This document shows positions 13,861-26,607 of a stretch of 64,000 nt of DNA, in pieces. Every line of letters begins with the position of its first letter. Within the stretch, counting starts at the first letter, position 1. The stretch covers positions 96,720,001 through 96,784,000 of the forward strand of contig NC_042999.1 in the NCBI RefSeq assembly GCF_006345805.1, written 5' to 3'. This DNA comes from Octopus sinensis. Lineage: Eukaryota. Below the pieces are notes generated by a model, which was not told the origin of the DNA, did not search any database, and saw nothing but the letters and a program-made list of their open reading frames with translations. The position numbers and the translations under genes are program-made.

Positions 13861-15023
13861 TAGACTGATCGGGTTATTTCATTTTGCTCACGATTCCTTT
13901 CTTATAATTATTACTTTGAAAACCCCAAATGAACACTCTGAAATTCTTTATTCGAATTTCAACATTTTTACCAAAATATCATGTTAAAATATAAAATTTT
14001 ATGGGAAAATGTGAAAAAATATCTTTCTTTTTTTTTCAAATAATTTTCTCTTAATTTCTGTTTGAAATAACCTGAAACAATTTCAAAATTTATTTGTCTA
14101 CATTTACCTAAAACTTATTCAAAGAAAAGTAGCTTTTTCTAAAGCGTCAAATTCTTTGAAAATAGTTTAAAAAGCCAGTTTATTCTTCAATTATTCGATA
14201 GCATTTTCTTTAATTCTTCATTGTTGACTTTCTCCATGTTTTTAGATATCTATATTCCCACTTGGTCAAATCAAACTTTTACTGTGACATTCTCCCGTAT
14301 ACCTTTGAATAGCATTTTTACTTGTTTTTAGAGTTAGTATATATATAGAAAAGCCGTTGAAATGAATGACTGTTCTAATCCTTTATCGATATGAAACGGT
14401 TTGTTTTAGTATGACAGAACAATCGAACATCTCATAAAAAAGTGATAACATTTACATGAAACTAAATTTTATAGTTTTTTCTTCTGTTAGTTAATCACAA
14501 TATGAACGTTCGTTCAATATTTTTCCATGAATAGTATATGTACAATTGAAGCACTTTCACAGTGCATATTTACAGCTTCCATCCTTGTAAGAAGCGGAGC
14601 AAAATATGATAAACCTCCTGCGAAAAATTCCAAATATTAAACCGAGGTAAGGTTAAGATAAAAGAAAACCTTCAGGAACTCCAGTGAGCAATAACTTCTA
14701 AAATTAGAATAGATTTAACACTAAACCTCAACGTTAACATGTGATGAAACCCTTAAGATTGTGCAAGACAAAAGAAATGCTCTTCCAGATTACTGAAGTA
14801 TGAAGCAGGCCTATGAGTTCAAAATGGGTTAGTCGTTATCAATAAGAAATATATATGTGATCTCTGAGCAAAATTTGAATCCATAAGCATCTAGGTAATC
14901 TATGCCTTCAAGGAATGGAGAAGCTGCATGAAAAATAAATGAAGTCGTCCAGCAAGCAGCTCTTTAAAAAAAATAAACCCCAGTTTTTCATCAGAAGATC
15001 ACATGTTTAATACAATTCAATGA

Positions 15024-15989
15024 ATGGGAAGAAAGGTAGTCACAGTTCTAGGACAGCATTCTACTCTATATGAGATGTCATCGGGTGTACCACAGGGATC
15101 TGTTCTTGGTCCCCTCTTGTTTGTGGCATACATTAATGACGTAGATGCCAATTTAAAGAATGCCACAGTATTGAAATATGCAGACGACATCAAGCTGTAC
15201 CTTGAAATCAAGAGGACAGATCCTGATGTCTACAACTCTTTCCTGCAATCAGACCTGGACACAATACAGCAATGGATCACAGACTGGCAACTGAAACTGG
15301 CAGTGGACAAGTGTACCACCATGCATTTTGGGAGAAAAAACCCTGCGTCCACATACTCCCTCCACAACACTGATATCAAGAAATCCTCTTGCGAGCGTGA
15401 CTTAGGCATCACTGTCAGCAGTGATTTGCGTTGGACAAAGCATATCTCTAAAATTGTCAAGAAGGCCGAGGGTGTCTTGGCATCACTCAGCAAGACTTTT
15501 GTTAGCCGCTCTCCAGCCATCTATTTAAAGCTGTATACAGCTATGGTACGACCACACTTGGAATTCGCATCATCAGTTTGGAACCCCTATCTTGCTCAGA
15601 ACATTGACTTCCTGGAATCTGTTCAAAGACGTGCAACCAAACGCATACCCACCATCAGACACCTACCATACTCTGAGCGCCTTGTTTCCCTGGGCATGGA
15701 TTCACTGAAGCTCCGGCGTCTGGCGATGGACTTGGTAAACACCCACAAAGTTATCAACCACCTCACCAACAACAACACTGAACACCTTTTTGATCTCCAT
15801 GTGTCCAACACACGTGGACATGCCTACAAAGTCAGAAAACAGCACAGCTCCCATGACTTTCGGAAACATTTTTTCACGCTCAGAGTTGCTGAAGCATGGA
15901 ACAAACTGCCTGCGTCAGTTGTTGACTGCCATGACACTACATCCTTTAAGGCCCTCATGCTTTCCGAAATCCGCCGAAACTACACCTGA
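15024..15989 (+). CDS. CR1/L2-group LINE reverse transcriptase, C-terminal 321 aa uninterrupted
   Basis: SGVPQGSVLGPLLF, YADD, RDLG, VRPHLEFASSVWNP, LESVQRRATK, FFTLRVAEAWNKLP. Confidence 0.92.
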   Translation: MGRKVVTVLGQHSTLYEMSSGVPQGSVLGPLLFVAYINDVDANLKNATVLKYADDIKLYLEIKRTDPDVYNSFLQSDLDTIQQWITDWQLKLAVDKCTTMHFGRKNPASTYSLHNTDIKKSSCERDLGITVSSDLRWTKHISKIVKKAEGVLASLSKTFVSRSPAIYLKLYTAMVRPHLEFASSVWNPYLAQNIDFLESVQRRATKRIPTIRHLPYSERLVSLGMDSLKLRRLAMDLVNTHKVINHLTNNNTEHLFDLHVSNTRGHAYKVRKQHSSHDFRKHFFTLRVAEAWNKLPASVVDCHDTTSFKALMLSEIRRNYT

Positions 15990-16156
15990 TTGTCCCCCTT
16001 CCATACTCATACACATATGTGTATGTCATGACTCATGCACTGTTCTTTTCCTGACGCTTGTACATTACCCTATGTACTATACATACACTTTAGATGAGTT
16101 GTAGTGTACCTGAGCACTGTACACAATGTTTTATTATTATTATTATTATCTTTATG

Positions 16157-16195
<39 letters not shown>
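15028..16195 (+). mobile_element. 5'-truncated CR1-like LINE with 3' hairpin and (ATT)n tail
   Basis: RT ORF, ~140 bp 3' UTR, GTGTAC/GTACAC stem at 16104-16124, and (TTA)n at 16128-16195. Confidence 0.88.
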
Positions 16196-16399
16196 TAAAG
16201 TGCAATTACAAAAATCATTTATAAAATACATGGAAAATTAATAAGCACCATATTTAAAATTTTTAATACTTTCTACAGTATAGCAAAACAGAGCAGGTCG
16301 TTTTCGGATATTGAAACTGAGACGGAACTACCAATATAAAGTAGATAGTACAGGAAAGTAGGACTTCATTCTGAAAAGGCAGTTGTTAAAATAATTAAA

Positions 16400-16830
16400 C
16401 ATAATGCGAGGAAATTAAAAAGGAAAGATTTGTGAAAATAATTCAACAGAATGTTATAAATGATATTAAGCTTTAGCTATTTCAACTCAACTGGATTTTA
16501 TTATTTTTGTGACATTTGAAGGTAATGATTTCTTAATAATTTTTCTTCATTTAATTGAGCTCAAAGGAAAGGATGAGAAAACAGTATACATTTGTGTATT
16601 GCTAAGTTTGCACTTTGTAGGATTTCATGATGGGTATTTAAAAAAAATAATCAGAGTATATTTTGTTCTGATGGAGCAAGTGTAACGTTTGGTAAGAATT
16701 GAGGAGTAAGTGCTAAACTCTTTTTTCGTTTTAGATCATGATCTGCCGCTGCTTCATTCAGCGTAGCAATTTGTTTTGGGTGATTCTGTCAAAGATATAA
16801 AACAACTAAACTACGTTAAAAAATTTACTG
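16400..16830 (+). mobile_element. hAT transposase remnant
   Basis: Broken frames give IFLHLIELKGKDEKTVY, FCSDGASVTFGK, and LGDSVKDIKQLNYVKKF, typical of the hAT DGAS..G region. Confidence 0.65.
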
Positions 16831-16861
16831 GCGAATATACACACACACACACATACACACA

Positions 16862-16931
<70 letters not shown>

Positions 16932-16960
16932 TATATATATTATATATATATACATATATG

Positions 16961-17001
<41 letters not shown>

Positions 17002-17005
<4 letters not shown>

Positions 17006-17664
17006 CCTTCCAGTCGAGAGATTCCCACGCTATTATCCTTCTCTTCTCCACTTTTGCCCGACCCCACCTTGAATACTGCTGTCCACTGTGGTCTCCCTAC
17101 ACAAAACAAAATATTATGAGAATTGAAGCTCCCCAAAGGTCAATCACAAAAAAGATAGATGGCATGTCAGACCTTGACTACTGGGGTAGACTAGAGAAGC
17201 TGAAATTGTATTCACTCCAACGACGCCGTGAACGCTACATTATCTGTATGATGTGGAAAATATTCCATCAGCACTGTCCGAATGATGTTGGCATCACCTT
17301 CAAAATGCATCCAAGGCTTGGACCACGTGCCATCCGTCCACAACAAAAATCTAAATCGCATCACATAACGACAATACGGCACAACTATTTCACCTCAATT
17401 GGACCCGCTCTCTTCAACATTACACCAGGACACGTCAAAAAAGAAACTGACCACACAAAATTCAAGAAGTCTTTGGACAAATTCCTTCAAACAGTACCGG
17501 ACAAACCACCAACACCCGGATATGTCTCCGCAAACAATAACTCCCTGCTCGAATGGGCCTTGGTGCCCAAATCATGAACTGAAAGACTTCGCCAGGTGGT
17601 GCTATTAAGTTAGACATGGCCTGGGCCAATACTGGCCAAAACCTTTCTAAGTTATTCTAAGTTA
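17002..17664 (+). mobile_element. CR1/L2-group LINE 3' fragment in (TA)n
   Basis: Frame 17002-17577: ARPHLEYCCPLWSP..RIEAPQRSITKKI..YWGRLEKLKLYSLQRRRERY..FKKSLDKFL. Terminal TTCTAAGTTA x2 at 17645-17664. Confidence 0.88.
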
Positions 17665-17687
17665 TATATATACATATGTATATATAT

Positions 17688-17733
<46 letters not shown>

Positions 17734-17778
17734 TATATTTATATATACGCGAGAAAGAAGCAACAAGAATGGATAGGT

Positions 17779-17869
17779 TTTTAGTACAATCGTTTCATAC
17801 AAGGACAGGCTTTATTAAATGTTGCAAAAATTACAGCATATAAACGTGTTCCGTACTCATCAGCTAAAA
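17779..17869 (-). ncRNA. Type I hammerhead ribozyme, canonical core, long stem II
   Basis: TTTTAG-CTGATGA-GTAC...52 nt...GTAT-GAA-ACGATTGT-A-CTAAAA; 6-bp stem I. Confidence 0.75.
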
Positions 17870-18210
17870 TACATGTGAGTTCTCTAGACATCCTAGTGGT
17901 TGAGGCTATACTCATGAAGTAATGTAGATAATTAAGTAACATAAACAGATTTCCAAAGTTCATTAAAGTTCTTTAAAGATGATGTACAGTCTTATCACAG
18001 AATTTTAAAAAAGTGCATCTATATTGTGCATCTATACAAAGGATTAATTCACCCTCTCTGTAATGCTAATAAGCAGGAATTGAGACCCACCTCGTTGTGA
18101 TTAACAATGGATAAATTTGTCGTCTGTGAGTATGTAATCCCTCCTCATATCTCTGGAAATTCATATGTGCACTATGGATTAGGTCACCTTCTCTGTGATG
18201 CTATTAAAAC

Positions 18211-18773
18211 TTTTTAAAAATACTCTAGTAAACACGGTTATAGAACGAGCATACAGATGTAAGCATTGGCAGAAACATACTTTTAGTGCATATAAGTAGT
18301 CTCTATCATTATATATAGTTTAAACTTTAATTTCCTTTATATTTAACATTCACTATTAATATCCCTACTCTTTCTGTTAGCTACTTATGACGTTATATCA
18401 TATAACGTTTTTTTAAACAATATTAATAGCGTTCTGTCTATCGCTATACAAATCCATCATTTTTTGCTAAAATGTCGTATTGACGTGTTTCGTTTTTTCA
18501 CTTTCCCGAAGAGAAGATTGCATTGTTTATACCATTTATTCTTTTGAATAGTATCAGTGGAATTTTCGAAACATATGTAGAAAGTAAAAATACTTGTTTA
18601 AACCTGCGTTAACTCCATTTTTTATACATATTATTCAAAATATTCAACGTAAACACGAAGTTTCAACCTTTATAAACAAGGAGTTACAACATCTTTACTT
18701 GTGAGATTTTTGCTGCCCTGGTAACTATTTATTTATTTTTCCGTGTTAATTGTTAACAAGGTAAAATACACTC

Positions 18774-18778
<5 letters not shown>
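18211..18778 (+). mobile_element. PLE 3'-end/pLTR fragment, same family as 32215-34952
   Basis: Near-identical to 34531-34952 (direct) and 32221-32687 (inverted); encodes the terminal NTLVNTVIERAYRCKHWQKHTFSAYK*. Confidence 0.9.
18500..18585 (+). ncRNA. Hammerhead-like ribozyme, CCGAAGA (U4C) core
   Basis: ACTTTC-CCGAAGA-GAAGATT...AATTTTC-GAA-ACATATGT-A-GAAAGT. Confidence 0.65.
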
Positions 18779-18814
<36 letters not shown>

Positions 18815-19320
18815 ACTGTTCCGTGATAGAGCATTCAACAAAAAAAGTACTTCATCTGGTGAGAGATAAATATTATTTATTTAAAGGACACAATACATGT
18901 TTTTAAGTGCGATTAATAGTTTCATATGTTGAGAAATATCTCAAACATGTTCATCAGGCGCACAAACCGCATATCATAACGAATTAAAAATATTGAATAA
19001 CAGAAGAAACGCGAAAAAATTGAGAAGGCAGCATATAGAAAACGCGAAAGGTTAAAAAAACGGATAAAGCGGAAAAACGGAAAACGAAAACACAAACACG
19101 AAAATGTTTTTGTTCAGCTGCAGGTCAGTTCTAATCATGCAGATGTATAGTCAAAGTCGTTCAGTCGATAAGAATCCCGTCTTTTCTTTTCAGATATATG
19201 CATTACCTTTTTATGAGAGCAGGATGCATAAGGTCTTAAGCAGATTATGCTTGTAATTTGTAGCAAATAGGCCGACCACATAGAGACGCCCACGCTGGCA
19301 GTGAGAATAATGGGGGCACT

Positions 19321-19452
19321 GGTGATGTCATTATCACCGGATTTTGAATTTTCTAGTTGATGACGTCAAAACTGTACCAGCTAAGACGAGTTAGTTTTGA
19401 AGCGGCCCCTGGTATTTGCAACCTATAATGTGATATCTATTTCAAAATGGCG
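19321..19452. promoter_or_regulatory. Candidate promoter motifs (CRE palindrome, YY1-like)
   Basis: TGACGTCA at 19361-19368 and CAAAATGGCG at 19443-19452 in unique sequence; no associated transcript is visible. Confidence 0.25.
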
Positions 19453-19888
19453 TTATATTTTTCTATGAACATGGCTGATTTGACTAATCTCCCAAGCTTT
19501 TGACGTATATTTTTTTTAAAAAATACCCTTTACTATCAATATGAGCTGTTTTTCTGATTTTTGTGTTCATGTTTATGCGTGTGTTATACATTATATGAAA
19601 TGGATCCGTGTATTAGCTGCATGGTCAACAGGCAAAGAGTAATACTTCCCATATAATACTATCACACACGTTCATAAACACAACCAGACACACACACACA
19701 CATATATATACACACTCACATAGACATACATACACACACATATGTAGAGAGAGAAAGTGAGAGGGAGTGAGGGAGAAATAGACAAAATGACAGACTGACA
19801 AACAGACAGGGAAAGGTGTATATATTTACAGAGAAATTGATATTTACATACCATATGCAGATATATGTATCTATCTATCTATCTATCT

Positions 19889-19921
<33 letters not shown>

Positions 19922-20492
19922 CATGTGCATGTGTGTATGTATGTATACATGTGTGTGTGTGTGTAAATATATGTACGTATTATGATAAATGTATTTGTAT
20001 ATTCAAGTATACATTTGAGCAAAGACACCCTTCTTTACAATATTGACAGAGAGTGCTATATAGACTTTCCATTTAAATACTCTATCACAAATTTCTTTTT
20101 CTTAGCCTTCTAGCTCACCGTCTCGCCATTTTGGTTTCTCTCCTACTGTCCTCAAGCTCTCTTACTCTCACACACGCAGTGGAATACAGAATGGATATCC
20201 ACGAGGACCTGCCTAAATACAAATATTCTCTGGCATATAAAGATACATACCATCATATATATATATATAAACATGTATACTTACATACATACACACACAT
20301 GCACGCGCGCACACATATATTTGTGCATGTGTATACATATTTCTATATGTGTATCATTTTCACTTTTCTATGTGATATCGTTATATATATGACATATATA
20401 TGATATCGTCTTACCGAAAAGCATAAAAGGGTATGCATACATGTAACATATATACACACTTATATAAATAAGTATATGCAGATATACGTGTA

Positions 20493-20567
<75 letters not shown>

Positions 20568-20989
20568 ATGTATATATATATACATATATACACATATATA
20601 TCATGCGTATATAGATAGATATATACGCATACATACACATATATATTTATTCATATAAACGCGTATATATAGATATACATATGTTGGTATATATACATAT
20701 ATGCATAGAAACATACATATCATATGCATATATCCCTAGATTCACACAGAAACGCTAACACACATGATGACAGAGAGACAGCCACGTTTACATTGATACT
20801 GTTATGATGACATCATTTTGTACCAGTTTCACTATTTTCAATAAACATCCCACATAATTCCATTGCTGTCCGTCTTTCTTTCTCATACATATGGGCACGC
20901 TTGCGCGCACGCACATCAACGCACACACATACTTATACATACACACTCACGGACATACAAATGCCCATGTGTGTGTTTGTGTGTGTATG

Positions 20990-21120
<131 letters not shown>

Positions 21121-21342
21121 TATATATGGATATGCGTACGGGAGCAGCGAATGTTTGAAACCGGATATACAAGAAAACGAGGCCTCCATCTGAAGGACTG
21201 TTTTGTATGGTTAGCAATAATGTAAACAATGAGAGCACGGTGTTTTTAAGTAAGTATGTATTTATAGGTGCGTGTGTATGATAGTTAAGAATAGTTATAT
21301 GTATACATTCGTCTGTATGTGCATGTGCGTGTGCGTATGTGT

Positions 21343-21402
<60 letters not shown>

Positions 21403-21721
21403 TTTGGTTAGACATAAAATCAGCTGCTAGGAGGCGTGAGTGTGCTAAGAATCATTGAGAATGAATAAAACAATGAAGATGGACGAATACTTATGTATAA
21501 TAAAGACCACTTGAGATTTTCAAGTACGAGTGAAGAAACTCTACTTGATGGAGGTTGTCTTTGTAAATCTTGACGGTGGTTGTATTGGTGATTCGTACAT
21601 TTACGGGCAACATATACAGTTCCTGGTTGGGATAACAATAATGTAATTTTGGTAGCAAGGTGGTGATGTTTATTTTTTGTTGTTTTTGTAATGTGTCTGC
21701 ACGTTATGTATATTTATATTT

Positions 21722-21929
21722 TGGTTTTCAATTTTGACACAAGGCCGGCAATTTCGAGGGAAGGGCTAATCGATTAGATTGACCTCAATACTCAACTGGT
21801 ATTTATTTTATCGACACCGAAAGGATGAAAGGCAAAGGCGATCCCGGTGGCATTTGAACTCAGAGCGTAAAGTCGGAAAAACACGACTGAGCATTTTGCC
21901 CGGCGCGGTCGCGATTCTGCCAGCTCGTA
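21722..21929 (-). mobile_element. tRNA-derived SINE (family A)
   Basis: Minus strand GAGCTGGCAGAATCG..CCGGGCAAAATGCT..GAGTTCAAATGCC..CCTTTCATCCTTTCGG; matches other copies in the window. Confidence 0.85.
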
Positions 21930-22155
21930 TATACATAGATATATACGCATACATACATATATATATTTATTCATATAAACGCGTATATATAGATATACAT
22001 ATGTAGGTATATATATATACATATATGCATAGAAACATACATATCATATGCATATATCCCTAGATTCACACAGAAACGCTAACATACATGAGCATTTTGC
22101 CCGGCGCGGTCGCGATTCTGCCAGCTCGTAACCTTACTCATAGTGTGTATACATA

Positions 22156-22189
<34 letters not shown>

Positions 22190-22190
22190 A

Positions 22191-22225
22191 CTAGCAGTTA
22201 AGCCCGGTTTCACCCGGTTGGTTTG
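22191..22225 (-). mobile_element. Helitron-type 3' terminus
   Basis: Minus strand: CCGG-GTGAAA-CCGG hairpin then GCTTAACTG-CTAG|T, abutting (TA)n. Confidence 0.55.
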
Positions 22226-22338
22226 GATGATGGGGCTGTTAAACCTGCTTTGTGTAAGCATTCTACTTGTTTGAGCACGCTTACGTTAAAAAACAATTCT
22301 ATAATGACTTTTTCAGTCACAACGCTAAAAATAGTAGT

Positions 22339-23410
22339 TGGGGAAATATCTGCAAGAATGAGAAAGTGCTCAAGATACACCGAGCTAGCTCCGTCTGTGG
22401 AAAATAGGAGGCACATGTGCAGCGCACGCTGGTGAGATGCAACGCACCTGGTGAGATACAGAAGATGTCCAGGAAGTAAGCACCTCACAGGACTGGAAGT
22501 CTCTCAGTACATATGTCACTTCAAGTCCTCAGTAGGGGCAACCTACCCAATGCCACACTAATCCCAGCCAGCGAAAGAATGAATCAAATGGCCCAAACTG
22601 GACCAAGACTTCTACATAGTATTAGATTGCACGCTGGCAGGAACAAATGAACAAAAAACGAATGTGCTTGTAACTATCGCATTCAATATGGCAAAAGATC
22701 GATTTGGAACAGCAGACAGACTGCTTACCACAGCAATCGAAAGGAAACTCAGCAAAAGAGAAAGAGAGATGCACCGTCTGAGAGGAGAGATCAAGACCCT
22801 CAATAAGCAGTATAAGAGGGTCTCTGCTGATGAAAGAGGAGGCATCAGGAACTTGACAAATCAGCTCCGTGAACGTCTGAGAAGGCTTAGAAGGGGAGAA
22901 AGTAATCGGAGGTGGAGGAAAGAGAGGGAGGCCAAGCGAGCGCAATTTGTCAAGGACTCTTTTAGCTTCACCTGAACGTTATTGGGAAACCAAATCAGGG
23001 ACATTGACCAGCTCCAAACGAGAGGTAAAAGCATTTCTGAGGGAGACACAATGATAACCTCAGAAATGAAGCCCTTGATGTTAACCCAAATATCAGTTGA
23101 GCCGAAATCCCAGGAAATAAGTTCAATCTCAGTTGTTCGTCCTGAAAATAAATGGAAGTAGTGGTAAAAGGGCCAGATCAGGATCAGCTCCTGATCCAAG
23201 TGATATACCTTATAAAGTATACAAGAAATGCCCGCGGCTCCTTCAGAAGTTGTGGACGCTGTTCCGAAAGATCTGGACAAAGGATATCATCCCACCATGC
23301 TGGAAGAAGGCTGAAGGATGTTTTGTGTCAAAAGAAGAAACCTCTACAGCCATTAACCGGTTCAGAGCCATCTCCCCACTGAGTGTTGAGGGGAAAATCT
23401 TTTCCGTATT
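22339..23410 (+). mobile_element. HERO-like (RLE-type) non-LTR retrotransposon 5' fragment
   Basis: N-terminal Zn-finger-like GKICKN..LKIH, coiled segment at 22664-22975, and RT start SAPDPSDIPYKVYKKCPRLL..WKKAEGCFVSKEE..FRAISPLSVEGKIF. Clade name is from recalled motifs. Confidence 0.7.
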
Positions 23411-23897
23411 GGACTCGTACTTCTTAAGCACACATCCACACCTGATCCAAAACTTTTTAAATACATATATATAAACAACGTACTGCAAACATTTATACTA
23501 ATCGACGAATAGTCAGTACGTAAAAACGTATATTATCTTCCAAAGCAAGATCTATCGATTTTAATTGTTTAACTTTTTGGATTTTATTATTCTCATGTTC
23601 ATGATTTCTATCTTTAAAATTTCCCATTCTTATACAGGAAATATTTCTATTCTTAAATCTTTCCCACATTCCCTTTAATTTCAACTTTTGCTTGTGTTGT
23701 TCGTGTTCGATTTTTGTTCCTGAATGTTCTTTGGTTTTGCTGTGGTTTGTTGTATTATTTGTTATGCACGTGTTATGTGCACCACATGTTTTTTATTCAC
23801 CCTGTTTGATTTATATTTCTGACATGTATTTTTTCATAATGTATTCTTTCTTTTATGTCTTCTAGTTTCATGTTGTATATATGTATGTATATATATC

Positions 23898-23933
<36 letters not shown>

Positions 23934-24001
23934 ATAATATATAATATATATATATGCACATACGTATAAACATATATGTGTGGATGTATCCGTATGTTGA
24001 G

Positions 24002-24041
<40 letters not shown>

Positions 24042-25206
24042 TGTACATCAGATGTTACTCGAATATGTTGTAGCTTCAAGTTTCGAATCGAGTGTCGGTT
24101 TTTAGAGTCGGTACGTAATATAGAAATATATTCCCTTTGTTTCCGCATATTCCTTTTCTGCTCTATTTTCTAAATTTGCTAAGTAAAGTACGACTATTTA
24201 AATTGTCAACACTTTTCGTTATGTATCGGTTTATTTATTTCTGGTAATACGGAGTAATTTACGCTCCGATTTTTCTTCTGCCTATGCATTAAATCCAAAG
24301 TACGGATTTCTTTAATCGCTGACTAAATGATTTGCTTTGCAGGTTCTTTCTTTCTTGTTTTATTTTGTTTGTAATTGACACGTCTTTGTGTTACATGTCA
24401 TCACGTCCAGTAATCTAAAGGTTGCCATTACTATCTAAAAGTTACCATATATATTCGTCTTTTAAAATAAAGTACTAGCAAAGTATTGGGCCAGACGGTA
24501 ACAGCTAAACTCCTCCCCTCAAATTACTGGCCTTGTGCCTAAATTAGAAACCATTACTATTACTATCAGAGGCTACGAAGTGGCAGAATTTTTAGAGCCT
24601 CACAGAAAAATTATTTGCAGTATTTTTTCCGACTCTTTACTTTTTGAGTTCGAAGACTGCCGATGTCGACTTTGTCAAATAAATACCGGTCGAGCACTGG
24701 TGTTGATGTTATCAACTAACCCCCAACTCCAAACTTTTAGCCTTTATATCTATATTAGAAAGGTTTATCATTAGTAGTGGTTGTTGTTGTAGACGAACCC
24801 TTTTGCCACAGTAAGGAATATATATGGATCAGTGGTGTCAGCTATGCTAAATTTTCGTTCTCTTCTCACAGTAACTGAAATTATTGAAGAACAATTTTAT
24901 CAACTTTCCAGCTGAGTACTTCTCATCTTTCTTGAACATCATCAGCAATGCCATCTGATTCTGGATTGTATCTTAATAAATATGACATTGATTATAGGAG
25001 CCACAAGTGTTTACTTTGGACCCTCGTTTATTTATGCTTTTGTGACGTTGAACAAATAGACACAAATCCCCACTATAATCCGTCATTCGTCTGTCCATGA
25101 CATGGTAGACTTAATTATCGTGTGCTAAAGACACAAATAAGCACCTATCGCAGATATGAACTCAGGAACTTATAATTAAATATCTTCTACAGTCAATGAT
25201 TATACC

Positions 25207-25426
25207 TATTTCTTTACTATCCAGAAGGGGCTAAACACAGAGGGGACAAGCAGGGACAGACAAACGAATTAAGTCGATTACATCGTAACTGGTACTTAAT
25301 TTATCGACTTCGAAAGGATGAAAGGCAAAGTCGACCTCGGCGGAATTTGAACTCAGAAAGTAACGGCAGACGAAATACCGCTTAAGCATTTCGCCCGGCG
25401 TGCTAACGTTTCTGCCAGCTCGCCGC
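25207..25426 (-). mobile_element. Full-length SINE (family A) with 20-bp TSD
   Basis: A/B-box head. CTACAGTCAATGATTATACC (25187-25206) and CTACAATCAATGATTATACC (25427-25446) flank it. Confidence 0.9.
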
Positions 25427-26045
25427 CTACAATCAATGATTATACCCTTACAATATGTAGCCTACAGAAATTGCGTTAGTAAAACGAAAATTAGTTACAT
25501 TCACTCTGCTTATTTCGTTTATCTGTTTATGTAGTGAAATAATAATGTTCTTTCTTTCTTTCTTTCGCATACGTGCGGCTCTATTTACAAGTATAAACTC
25601 GTGATACAGTTTTTCTCACTATATTTTCTTGTTTTTAAGGAGTTAAATTTACTCTGTTGCCTACACAAACACCTGTTATCGTCTATTATATCTCTTGAGT
25701 TTTATTCACCGCGCCAACACCCGCCATGCAGCAGATTTGAATCTTTTCCTTTTTTTTATTTTTGTTTTATTTCAACGGTATTTTTACTCAAATATCTTGG
25801 TTGTAATATCAAATTTGCTCTCAACAAAATATCAGAGATGAAAACTGAATGGCTTTTCGTTTACTGCTGGCATGAAACAATGATTAATGTCGTCCTGTCA
25901 AAGTTAAAACTATGTCGTGGATGTTAAAAAGTTCCTCTGTAACAAATATTCTAATATATAGATAGAAATACATTTTATACATACATACACACACACGCAT
26001 ATATATATATATATTTATTACATACACATATATATTATATACATA

Positions 26046-26456
26046 TACTCTTTACTCTTTTACTTGTTTCAGTCATTTGACTGCGGCCATGCTGGAGCAC
26101 CGCCTTTAGTCGAGCAAATCGACCCCGGGACTTATTCTTTGTAAACCCAGTACTTATTCTATCGGTCTCTTTTGCCGAACCGCTATGTGACGGGGACGTA
26201 AAGACACAAGCATCGGTTGTCAAGCAATGCTAGGGAGACAAACACAGACACACAAACACACACATATACATATATATATATATGCATATATACGGCAGGC
26301 TTCTTTCAGTTTCCGTCTACCAAATTCACTCACAAGGCATTGGTCGGCCCGGGGCTATAGCAGAAAACACTTGCCCAAGATGCCACGCAGTGGGACTGAA
26401 TCCGGAACCATGTGGCTGGTTAGCAAGCTACTTACCACACAGCCACTCCTGCGCCT
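26046..26456 (-). mobile_element. tRNA-derived SINE (family B) with CORE-like segment
   Basis: A-box TGGCTGTGTGG (26435-45), B-box GGATTCAGTCCC (26392-26403), CTTGGGCAAGT motif, internal microsatellite and (AAGAGTA)-like tail. Confidence 0.85.
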
Positions 26457-26552
26457 ATATATATATATATATATATATTTACAAACCATATATATATCAT
26501 AAAATTATATATAATTCCATACATATAGATACATATATATGTATGTGATATA

Positions 26553-26607
<55 letters not shown>

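Noticed and set aside
14576-14646. AG..GTAAGG-bounded exon candidate
   Set aside because: Stop codons in all three frames and no other support.
23490-23880. Two weakly similar minus-strand peptides (MKL..ER..)
   Set aside because: Similarity too low to assign to an element or duplication.
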